From: a virus
Lineage: Duplodnaviria > Caudoviricetes
Length of the DNA stretch: 64,000 nt
Strand: one strand, 5' to 3'
Virus record (IMG/VR): IMGVR_UViG_3300028887_000099
Location: 1 to 64,000 of that record
Each line of letters starts with the position of its first letter. Position 1 is the first letter of the stretch. The notes beneath the pieces were generated by a model, which did no database searches, was not told the origin of the DNA, and was given only the letters and a program-made list of their open reading frames with translations. A program made the translations under genes and the position numbers. This document shows positions 18,814 to 26,885 of this stretch, one piece after another.

Positions 18814-19208
18814 AAGGCACATACAGCAAAGTTTCTTAGGATGTTAAAATATTTGAAAATTTTAAAAGTCTTAATCCAAATCGTGCCTTGAATTATTAAA
18901 AAGACGCACACAGCTAAATTTTATTATAGCATAATGGTAATGCACCTGACTTATAATCTGGATATACGGTTCGAATCCGTTTATTGCGTCTTGAAATTAA
19001 AAAGAAAGACAGTTACAGCAAACTTTTTGAATAATGTTACTGCAGATAACTTGTAATCTTATTTAACCCATAAGCTGTCTTGAATAAAGGTTTAGACCCA
19101 TACAGCAAATTACAATGAAAATTGTGTTATTGGTTCAAATCCAATTATGTAAGCCATTTAATTTTACATATCGCCCAATGGGTAGGGCAAATTTTTTTCA
19201 CGGGTCTA
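18814..19208 (+). ncRNA. Tandem array of four ACAGCAA-box, Y-RNA-like tRNA mimics
   Basis: Units 18814-92, 18901-95, 19006-84, 19093-208; each has a 7-8 bp closing stem with compensatory changes plus (A)(T/C)ACAGC(A/T)A; interiors carry tRNA arms. Confidence 0.8.
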
Positions 19209-19261
19209 GTTCTTTATCTCGTTAGAGATAAATCATTTTGGAGAAAAAGGAGAAAACAACA

Positions 19262-20794
19262 ATGAGATATGTAAACGCTCTCGAAAACGAGTTTAACTAT
19301 AAGCGCACCGAAAATGGTGGCTTGGCGCATAAGTCTACTTGCGATGCGCTCTATGATATGTTTGCCCTTGGTGGCGCATATCGTAGTCGTAGCGATGAGG
19401 ACTGTGTCTTCCTTTTTATGAAGGCATTTAAGGAAAATCCTACTTATGCTATGAAGTGCCTCTTCTATCTGCGTGATATTTTGCAGGGACAGGGAGAGCG
19501 CCGCTTCTTCCGCGTCTGCATTAAGTGGGCAGCGGATAATTATTCCCTTGAGATGGATCGCAATCTCAAGCACATCCCTGAGTTTGGTCGTTGGGATGAC
19601 CTCTATGCCTTTGTTGGCACCAAGTTGGAAGCCTCTATGTGGGCTTTTATGTACGAGCAGTTTCGTTTGGATATGGGTTCTCGTACTCCTTCTCTACTCG
19701 GAAAGTGGCTCAAGTCTGAGAATACTTCCAGTGCAGAGTCTCGCGCCCTTGGCGCAAAGACTCGTAGAGCCTTTGGCATGACTCCCATGACCTATCGTAA
19801 GACTCTTTCCAGCCTTCGTAAGCGCATCAATGTTCTTGAGCGTCTTATGAGTGAGCGTCGTTGGGACGAGATTGAGTTCGATAAGATCCCCTCTAAGGCT
19901 GGTCTTGTCTATAAGAACGCTTTCGCACGCCATGATGTGGAGCGTATGAAGGCTAAGGCCATTCAGTCTTATGCCGACTTTGCGAAGGATAAGAACGCTA
20001 AGGTTAACATCAAGGCTCTTTATCCTTATGAGGTTGTGGAGAAGGCTATTAAGGTTCTTTGTGGTGGTAGTTACTACTACTCTTGGAGAACTGTGAATGT
20101 AGCCTTGGGCGATACTGATCGTCTTATGGTCAACAAATATTGGGAAAATCTGGCAGACTATATGTCTAAGCTGAATATGAACGCCCTTTGTGTTGTTGAC
20201 ACCAGCGGCTCTATGCATGGTACTCCTATCAACATTGCAATCTCTCTCGGTATGATTGCGGCTGATAAGGCACGTGGGCCATTTCATGGTCGTTATATCA
20301 GCTTCAGCTCTCGTCCTCAGCTTATCAAAGTAGAGGGTGTGGACTTCGTTGATAAGGTAAAGCGTATCTATGATACCAACCTTTGCGAAAATACTAACCT
20401 CGAGGCAACCTTTGATATGCTTTTGGATGTAGCTTGCCGAAATCACATGAAGCAGAAGGATCTGCCAAAGTCTATTATCGTCATTAGCGATATGGAAATT
20501 GACAATGCTTACGGGATGTATAGCTGGGACAGCAACAGCGAAAAAGCTCGTGCAAAGAACCGCACCATGATGGAGAATATGAGACTCAAGTGGAAGCGTT
20601 ATGGTTATGATCTTCCTAAGATGGTATATTGGAACGTGAGTGCACGTCATGATACCTTCCTGGACGATGGCCCTGACGTAACCTACGTAAGTGGTGCCAG
20701 CGCGATTCTCTTTGAGCAAGTCGCAAAGGGTATCACTGCGCAGGATCTCATGTTTGAGAAACTGGATAGCGAGCGTTATGCTTGCATCAGATAA
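19262..20794 (+). CDS. DUF2828-type Ro60/TROVE-like protein with C-terminal vWA domain
   Basis: RTENGG, LFYLRDI..GQGER, FGRWDDL, GKWL, vWA MIDAS VVDTSGSM, IIVISDMEID, YWNV; RBS AAGGAG; 510 aa, no TAG. Confidence 0.8.
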   Translation: MRYVNALENEFNYKRTENGGLAHKSTCDALYDMFALGGAYRSRSDEDCVFLFMKAFKENPTYAMKCLFYLRDILQGQGERRFFRVCIKWAADNYSLEMDRNLKHIPEFGRWDDLYAFVGTKLEASMWAFMYEQFRLDMGSRTPSLLGKWLKSENTSSAESRALGAKTRRAFGMTPMTYRKTLSSLRKRINVLERLMSERRWDEIEFDKIPSKAGLVYKNAFARHDVERMKAKAIQSYADFAKDKNAKVNIKALYPYEVVEKAIKVLCGGSYYYSWRTVNVALGDTDRLMVNKYWENLADYMSKLNMNALCVVDTSGSMHGTPINIAISLGMIAADKARGPFHGRYISFSSRPQLIKVEGVDFVDKVKRIYDTNLCENTNLEATFDMLLDVACRNHMKQKDLPKSIIVISDMEIDNAYGMYSWDSNSEKARAKNRTMMENMRLKWKRYGYDLPKMVYWNVSARHDTFLDDGPDVTYVSGASAILFEQVAKGITAQDLMFEKLDSERYACIR

Positions 20795-20820
20795 GGGAAG
20801 AGAAATCTTCCCTTTGATAT

Positions 20821-20907
20821 GCCGCGTTAGTCTAATGGTAAGGCCCTGGCCTTGAAAGCCATGAGGGATGAAAGTCCATGAGCGTTCAAGTCGTTCACGC
20901 GGCGCCA
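20821..20907 (+). tRNA. tRNA-Ser(TGA)
   Basis: Loop CTTGAAA, long variable arm, CCA. Confidence 0.93.
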
Positions 20908-20909
20908 TA

Positions 20910-21038
20910 AGTAGCAAGGGTTAAGCGAATATGGAAACGGCAAATCCACTAGCCAAGAGCTAGGAGCTAAAATCCGAGATACCCGTTGAGCAATCGCAGG
21001 CTCAGTCGTGTAGGCATCACGAATTAAAAAACTGCCTA
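20910..21038 (+). ncRNA. Candidate structured RNA ending in an H-type pseudoknot
   Basis: TCGTG/CACGA plus TAGGCA/TGCCTA with an A-rich loop. Confidence 0.4.
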
Positions 21039-21044
21039 TTATAT

Positions 21045-21133
21045 GTAGACGTAAGCATAATGGTACTGCCACGGATTGCTAATCCGTTCATCCCATGCGG
21101 GATGTGCAGGTTCAAGTCCTGTCGTCTACGCCA
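21045..21133 (+). tRNA. tRNA-Ser(GCT)
   Basis: Loop TTGCTAA, long variable arm, CCA. Confidence 0.93.
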
Positions 21134-21136
21134 TAT

Positions 21137-21212
21137 GGCGAAATAGTATAAATGGAAAGTATAGCGGTTTCGTAATCCGCAGATGTGGAATCGTACTCCA
21201 CTTTCGCCTCCA
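21137..21212 (+). tRNA. tRNA-Thr(CGT)
   Basis: Loop TTCGTAA, T-loop ATCGTAC, CCA. Confidence 0.85.
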
Positions 21213-21225
21213 ACCTACCTTAAAT

Positions 21226-21300
21226 GCTTCCATAGTATAAAGGCGATTATAAGGCACTTGTAATGCTTAGATTACGGTTCGACTCCGTATGGAAGCCCCA
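21226..21300 (+). tRNA. tRNA-Thr(TGT)
   Basis: Loop CTTGTAA, CCA. Confidence 0.92.
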
Positions 21301-21303
21301 AAT

Positions 21304-21379
21304 GGTACTGTAGCTCAGAGGGAAGAGCACGTCCTTGGTACGGACGAGGTCGGGATTTCGATATTCCCCAGTACCTCCA
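21304..21379 (+). tRNA. tRNA-Thr(GGT)
   Basis: Loop TTGGTAC, CCA. Confidence 0.92.
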
Positions 21380-21382
21380 TAT

Positions 21383-21458
21383 GCGGACGTGGTGTAATTG
21401 GTAACATAACTGACTCCAAATCAGTAAGATGAGGGTTCGAGTCCTTCCGGTCGTGCCA
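21383..21458 (+). tRNA. tRNA-Trp(CCA)
   Basis: Loop CTCCAAA, G73, CCA. Confidence 0.92.
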
Positions 21459-21495
21459 GCGCGCAAGCGCAATCTTATTAAAAGGTAGGTTAAAT

Positions 21496-22890
21496 ATGGA
21501 GAACTTCTTTGGTTTGAAACAACGCGGTACAACCATTAGAACAGAAGTTTTGGCTGGTATTACCACCTTTATGGCGATGGCATATATTTTATTTGTAAAT
21601 GCTGGTATGTTTGCCAATCTTGGTACTGTCAGTTATGAAGCAATTTATATTGCGACCGCTCTATCGGCGTGTGTCGGCACAGTTCTTACTGGTCTAATCG
21701 CAAATCTTCCTCTCGCGCAAGCATCAGGCATGGGCCTAAATGCTTTTTTTGTTTTTACAATGTGTTTTGGTTTTGGGTTTTCTTATCAAAATGCACTTGT
21801 AATGGTATTGTTAGACGGAATAGTTTTTACAATTCTTACAGTTACAGGTTTGCGTAAAATTATTTTTGATGCAATTCCTTCGGTTGTAAAGATGGCAATT
21901 CCAGCAGGCATTGGATTGTTTATTGCTTATATTGGACTTCAATCTGCTGGTATTATTATTCCAGATAGTTCAACTGCCTCAGCTATGACATCACTCAATA
22001 TTATAAGTGGTGGAATTACATGGGCTACACTTATGCCAATTTTAGTAAGTATTATTACTATTTTGGTTATTGCAGCACTTGTAGCTTTACGTAAGCGTGG
22101 CGCGGTATTAATTGGAATTTTAATTGGAACTATTCTATATTATGCAGGCGGTTTTACTATTCCAAGTTTTTATAATGCTTTTGCTCTTTCTTCAATTAAT
22201 TTTGGTGGAGCATTTAAAGCATTTAATGATGAAGCACTTTTTGCCGTATTTAGGTCTGGTTTTGATTTTAGTGGTTATATCACCGCACATGGTGAAGTAA
22301 GTTTTATTTTTACTTTAATTACATCAATGCTAGCCTTCTGTTTAGTAGATATGTTTGACACAATGGGCACTTTATATGGAGCGTGTTCTCGTGGCGGTCT
22401 TATGACAGAAGATGGAGAAGTTTTAAGTCTTAATAAGGCTATGTTAAGTGATGCAATTGCTACTATTTTTGGTGCAATTTGTGGTACTTCAACTGTTACT
22501 ACTTATGTTGAAAGTTCTACTGGTGTCGCTGAAGGCGGCCGCACTGGACTTACTGCACTTACTACTGCTGGACTTTTCTTTATTGCGATGTTCTTCGCGC
22601 CGATTGCTTCATTGATACCTGGCGCAGCTACTGCGGCCGCACTTATTTATGTTGGCGCGCTTATGTTATCTTCAGTTCTTAAAGTTGATTGGGATAATGC
22701 TGAAGCTGCGGTCCCCGCATTTTTAACAATTGCATTTATGGCATTTAGTTATAGTATTTCTAATGGTATTGGTATCGGAGTTATTTCATATACTCTTATT
22801 AAAATCTTTACAGGGAAAATAAAAGAAGTTAATATTGCTACTTGGATTATTGATATACTTTTTATAGCAATGTTTCTATTTAGTCATTAA
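21496..22890 (+). CDS. NCS2/AzgA family guanine-hypoxanthine permease
   Basis: F.LKQRGTTIRTEVLAGITTF, LAQASGMGLNAFF, DMFDTMGT, TSTVTTYVES.GVAEGGRTG. Confidence 0.9.
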   Translation: MENFFGLKQRGTTIRTEVLAGITTFMAMAYILFVNAGMFANLGTVSYEAIYIATALSACVGTVLTGLIANLPLAQASGMGLNAFFVFTMCFGFGFSYQNALVMVLLDGIVFTILTVTGLRKIIFDAIPSVVKMAIPAGIGLFIAYIGLQSAGIIIPDSSTASAMTSLNIISGGITWATLMPILVSIITILVIAALVALRKRGAVLIGILIGTILYYAGGFTIPSFYNAFALSSINFGGAFKAFNDEALFAVFRSGFDFSGYITAHGEVSFIFTLITSMLAFCLVDMFDTMGTLYGACSRGGLMTEDGEVLSLNKAMLSDAIATIFGAICGTSTVTTYVESSTGVAEGGRTGLTALTTAGLFFIAMFFAPIASLIPGAATAAALIYVGALMLSSVLKVDWDNAEAAVPAFLTIAFMAFSYSISNGIGIGVISYTLIKIFTGKIKEVNIATWIIDILFIAMFLFSH

Positions 22891-22929
22891 TAAGATAGTC
22901 AGGCTGCCAGACTCTAACTGGCAGTATAT

Positions 22930-23006
22930 GCAGAAGGTAGTTTAATTGATAAAAATACTGGATTGTGGCTCCAGTGATACGGGTTTGATCCCCGTCCATC
23001 TGCCCA
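22930..23006 (+). tRNA. tRNA-His(GTG)
   Basis: G-1:C73 8-bp acceptor, loop TTGTGGC, CCA. Confidence 0.92.
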
Positions 23007-23007
23007 T

Positions 23008-23081
23008 GGGAGATTAGTCGAATGGAAAGACAGATGATTGCAACTCATCAAGTATCGGTTCAAGTCCGGTATCTCTCTCCA
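23008..23081 (+). tRNA. tRNA-Cys(GCA)
   Basis: Loop TTGCAAC, U73, CCA. Confidence 0.93.
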
Positions 23082-23353
23082 TTTATTTAAAAGGTGATGT
23101 ATATGTTATCGCTTTCACGTACAACTCTTCTTTCTTTAATTCAATCTACTACACATGATGAAGTCCCTAAAATTGTTGTAGATTATTGGTTTACAGTATA
23201 TGGAAAAGAAATACCACAAGACGAAGGGGCGCAACTTGCAAAAGAAGAAATAAAATTTTAAGACTCATAATTTATGGGTCTTTTATTTTTAAATTTGACT
23301 TTTTTTAAAAATTATGATATAATTATAATAGAAAATAGGAGAGGAGTAAGAAT

Positions 23354-23863
23354 ATGAATTATTATCTTGCGCCGAGTTTTAGAGATAAAAAAGTTTTATG
23401 TGAGCCTTATGAAAAAGATGGAAAATTATATGTTAAAATACAAGGCAAAACTAAACCTCGTGAAGTGCGTGCATATACTACTCCTTTAGCTTCTTGGCAA
23501 AAAAATAAAGAAACAGCTATTTATGTTGAATGGTTTGAAGACTATGTTGTACCACATAATTATACCAATGAACATTATAGTGAAGTAATCGGTATTCGTA
23601 CTGATAAAGAAGGACGTAGAGGAGTATGGTTTTATAGACGACTCCCTAACGCTTTTGAATATAAAAGAGGAGATAATATTATGTTATCTCCAGTTTTAGG
23701 ATATCATGGTTCTATTGAAGAGGAACCTATTGAAAAATTTGATCCTATTTTTGTGAGTGAAGATGAAATTATTTTTGAAAAAGGATTTAAACGATTAGTA
23801 ACTGCAACATGGTGGGAAGAAGAGGTCGCGCGCATCCATCGAATTTATACAGAAGAGGAGTAA
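23354..23863 (+). CDS. Hypothetical protein
   Basis: Promoter 23295, RBS GGAG; 169 aa. Confidence 0.7.
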   Translation: MNYYLAPSFRDKKVLCEPYEKDGKLYVKIQGKTKPREVRAYTTPLASWQKNKETAIYVEWFEDYVVPHNYTNEHYSEVIGIRTDKEGRRGVWFYRRLPNAFEYKRGDNIMLSPVLGYHGSIEEEPIEKFDPIFVSEDEIIFEKGFKRLVTATWWEEEVARIHRIYTEEE

Positions 23864-23942
23864 TTTTACTTCTCTTTTTTTATTTGAAAATTGAAAAAAT
23901 TTAAAATTTATGATATAATATAATTAGAAAATAGGGAAAGGA

Positions 23943-24680
23943 TTGATAATTGTGGCTACCTGTGAAACCATATTTCAAACCACCAATATAAGTCAATATA
24001 ATAAATACTGTGATTTTATTTATAAATTGGTTTCAGATTATTTTGAAGCCAATGGAATAGACTCATGGGAAAATTTTTGTTATGGTGATGATGTAGAAAA
24101 TGAACCTATTTATTTTAATGGTGAAATTTGTTCTGGTGCCACAAAAGTAGTTCTTGTCCCTTATGATATGCCTTTTGTTATTAAAATCCCTTTTTCTGGT
24201 TGGCGAGAAGATTGGGATGGAGAATGTATTCCTTTTGAAGAAGGATTTAATTCGGCTCTTGAAGAATTGGGATATTCTACGCAAGGCAATAATTATTGTG
24301 ATCTAGAAGTTAATGTATATGCAGCAAGTGTGCAAGAAGGAGTTTCTCAATTTTTTGCACCCACTATCTTTTTTGATGAAATTAACTCTTTTCCAATTTA
24401 TATTCAGACTAAAATAACTGCTAATACTTGGGCTACTCGTAAAATTAAACCTAAGGATAATGATACCTATACCTACGCTTCTATTAAAAATAGTGATATG
24501 ATAGATCCAGAGTGTGGTACACGGCTTCTACAATTTTATAGTGTTGAAGAAATTGCTCGATTTCTATCTTTTGTTAAAACTTATAATATTGTTGATATTG
24601 ATAATTTTAGGAATGGTGGAGTAGCTGCTGAAATAGGTCGCTATATTTTCTGGGATTATTCTGGATATTATGAGAGGTAA
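23943..24680 (+). CDS. Protein-kinase-like fold protein
   Basis: SGATK Gly-loop, FVIKIPF Lys, CDLE.NVY helix-C Glu, D...N loop, DYSG. Confidence 0.55.
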   Translation: MIIVATCETIFQTTNISQYNKYCDFIYKLVSDYFEANGIDSWENFCYGDDVENEPIYFNGEICSGATKVVLVPYDMPFVIKIPFSGWREDWDGECIPFEEGFNSALEELGYSTQGNNYCDLEVNVYAASVQEGVSQFFAPTIFFDEINSFPIYIQTKITANTWATRKIKPKDNDTYTYASIKNSDMIDPECGTRLLQFYSVEEIARFLSFVKTYNIVDIDNFRNGGVAAEIGRYIFWDYSGYYER

Positions 24681-24682
24681 AA

Positions 24683-25099
24683 ATGACTTATACTTGGTAT
24701 ATATGCGATGATGGAACTCTTGAGTTTGAAATAATAGAGAAAATTGGGAATCAAACTTTATTACTTGCGGCGCAAGAGCTTCATCATACTTCTGACACTT
24801 ATTATTGGAATTTATGGCTTACTCTTGCAAACAAACGTTCACAGCGCGCTTTCAATGAAGAGCATATACTTTTAACTGGTGTTAATCCTTTTTTGACTTA
24901 TAAAGTTGCTATTAGACTTCTTCAATATTTAGAAAAAAATGTTTGTAAAGAATATAAGCAATATAATCATCAATTTATTGCTCATTGGGTAGATAATCGT
25001 AGGCGTGATGCATATATTAAAGTATTAAGTAAATTTGGTTATAAAATAGGACAATATAAAGGTCAAAAACGTTTAATAAAAACAATAAAGAAAGGATAA
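24683..25099 (+). CDS. Hypothetical protein
   Basis: 138 aa, coupled to the upstream gene. Confidence 0.65.
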   Translation: MTYTWYICDDGTLEFEIIEKIGNQTLLLAAQELHHTSDTYYWNLWLTLANKRSQRAFNEEHILLTGVNPFLTYKVAIRLLQYLEKNVCKEYKQYNHQFIAHWVDNRRRDAYIKVLSKFGYKIGQYKGQKRLIKTIKKG

Positions 25100-25102
25100 A
25101 AC

Positions 25103-25477
25103 ATGCGATATACTTCAAAGTATTCAAAAGAATTTACAAATGAAATGACAGGACGAATTGCTGTTATTTTAGCAGAAGAACAGCAGGCTCTTACAATTTC
25201 TGATATTCAATCTAAGGATATTAGATTAACCGGTATTACTTCTCAAAAAATGGCACGTATGATAAATCATTTAGTAGATGTTGGTTTTGTTGCTAAAGCT
25301 AAAGGCCGTGATGGGCGAATGGTTTACAAATGTTTGGCTATTTTGGAAGAAGAAGGAGTAGATCCTGAAATTTATAGATATGGCGCGAACACTTATGATA
25401 AAGTAAATGAATTTAAAAAGGAGTATATAGCAAATCATCCAGAGTATAAGGCTTTAATTTATAGAGAAAAAGAATAA
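25103..25477 (+). CDS. Winged-helix DNA-binding protein
   Basis: LTISDI...ITSQKMARMINHLVDVGFV.K....GRMVYK. Confidence 0.6.
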   Translation: MRYTSKYSKEFTNEMTGRIAVILAEEQQALTISDIQSKDIRLTGITSQKMARMINHLVDVGFVAKAKGRDGRMVYKCLAILEEEGVDPEIYRYGANTYDKVNEFKKEYIANHPEYKALIYREKE

Positions 25478-25494
25478 CACAAAAGGAGTTAATA

Positions 25495-25704
25495 ATGAAA
25501 GTAAGTATTTGTGATAGATGTGGTACTTTAATTGAGCCTTGGCCACATGATGGAGAATTTTATAATAGAGTAATTCAAGTAGGAGAAGATTCTTTTTCTT
25601 TGTCAACACCAGAAGGAGAAATTTTTGAAACTTATGATATTTGTGATGAATGTTATAAAAGTTTTAAAAAATGGATGAAACATAAAGGATTGGAGAATAA
25701 ATAA
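25495..25704 (+). CDS. Small Zn-finger protein
   Basis: CDRC...DICDEC. Confidence 0.65.
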   Translation: MKVSICDRCGTLIEPWPHDGEFYNRVIQVGEDSFSLSTPEGEIFETYDICDECYKSFKKWMKHKGLENK

Positions 25705-25706
25705 AA

Positions 25707-25925
25707 ATGAAAAAGAATATTTTTATTAGTTTTATTATTTGTGCTTTGCTTACATTTGTATTAATTTATATGGCTAATTATCATTTCCTCATTTTTCATG
25801 TAATTAAAAATATTTTATTTGGTTTGGGTTGTATTACTTTGTTTTGGCTTGTATATAAAATGGTTGAAACCCCTTGGGGCCAAACCTCTAATACAAAATT
25901 TCTTGTAAATTATAGAGGGAAATAA
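25707..25925 (+). CDS. Small membrane protein
   Basis: Two hydrophobic segments; 72 aa. Confidence 0.55.
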   Translation: MKKNIFISFIICALLTFVLIYMANYHFLIFHVIKNILFGLGCITLFWLVYKMVETPWGQTSNTKFLVNYRGK

Positions 25926-25998
25926 AATGTGGTGGCTTATTCTTGGTGCTATTTTTTATATTTTTATTATTCTTGTTTTAATTGGAGGTTCAGATTAA

Positions 25999-26481
25999 AT
26001 GGATACAGTACATGCTTTCTATACTCCTTATAAATTTTGGAGAACCCCAATTAAGTGGATTAAAGATTTCTTTTGTAATTGTTCAATCGCGCGCGATCGT
26101 ATTCGTAAAGGATGGAGTCCTAATGATATATGGAATTTAGAAATGTATCTAAGTTCTATTATTGGAGAGAGTTTAGATTTTCTTGCTTCTCATCATATGG
26201 GGTATCCTGGTAATGAACCTTTTGAAACTTCTGAAAAATGGGAAGATTGGCTTCGCGCGCAAGCTTATCCATTTAAACATTATTTAGAAGATAATGATAA
26301 TGAAAACCCCTTTAGTGAAGAATTTATAAAGTGTTTAGATATTGATACACTAGATTTAATATCTGATGAATTACGTAAAAATTATAATGAAACAGATAGA
26401 AAAATTCAAGAAAAAAAATATCAAGAAGTCCAAAAAGCTATGGAAGAACTTGGTAAATATTGGGGACATCTTTGGGATTAA
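25999..26481 (+). CDS. Hypothetical phage protein
   Basis: 160 aa; D.WNL..YL...I...L and C-terminal WGHLWD. Confidence 0.65.
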   Translation: MDTVHAFYTPYKFWRTPIKWIKDFFCNCSIARDRIRKGWSPNDIWNLEMYLSSIIGESLDFLASHHMGYPGNEPFETSEKWEDWLRAQAYPFKHYLEDNDNENPFSEEFIKCLDIDTLDLISDELRKNYNETDRKIQEKKYQEVQKAMEELGKYWGHLWD

Positions 26482-26656
26482 AATTTGATTAATCCCAAAT
26501 TTTATGGTATAATATATATAGAATAGAAAAGGAGATATAAGATAATGGATCATTGGATTTGGATTTTCTTTTGTCTCGGTATCTGTGTTGGTATGTTAAT
26601 CGGTGTTGGTCTTGTATTTTTTTTGGACAAACATTTTTAAGAAAGGAATATCTAAA

Positions 26657-26872
26657 ATGCCAAATGAATTTTATTGCGCTTATTTTGATAATGGTGAACA
26701 ATATTTTTTTAGGAATAAGGATAAAGCTTTTGATTGCGTATGGCAACAATTTTTAAATGCTAATGCAGGTTATTTAGAAGAGATTGATCTTAAAGAAGCA
26801 AGGGTAGAATTATATGAATTATACTTCATTGAAGGTTTTGGTGGAGTAGGAGTGTGTGGTTTCCAGGATTAA
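26657..26872 (+). CDS. Hypothetical protein
   Basis: RBS AAGGA, ATG 26657. Confidence 0.6.
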   Translation: MPNEFYCAYFDNGEQYFFRNKDKAFDCVWQQFLNANAGYLEEIDLKEARVELYELYFIEGFGGVGVCGFQD

Positions 26873-26885
26873 GGAGAAACAAAAA

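Noticed and set aside
18814-19208. T-box leaders or rho-independent terminators as the explanation for the ACAGCAA units
   Set aside because: No T-box AGGGTGGNACC sequence or antiterminator, no U-tracts after the stems, and tRNA arms inside the units.
19694-20917. 407-aa minus-strand ORF
   Set aside because: Antisense shadow of the codon-biased DUF2828 gene; it also overlaps tRNA-Ser and has no RBS.
5868-21617. Track ORFs overlapping tRNAs or ncRNAs (e.g. 5868-6230, 7323-7649, 7501-7767, 8926-9120, 11042-11299, 15564-15869, 17379-17783, 20827-21072, 21315-21617)
   Set aside because: They are translations of RNA genes, with no RBS or protein-like composition.
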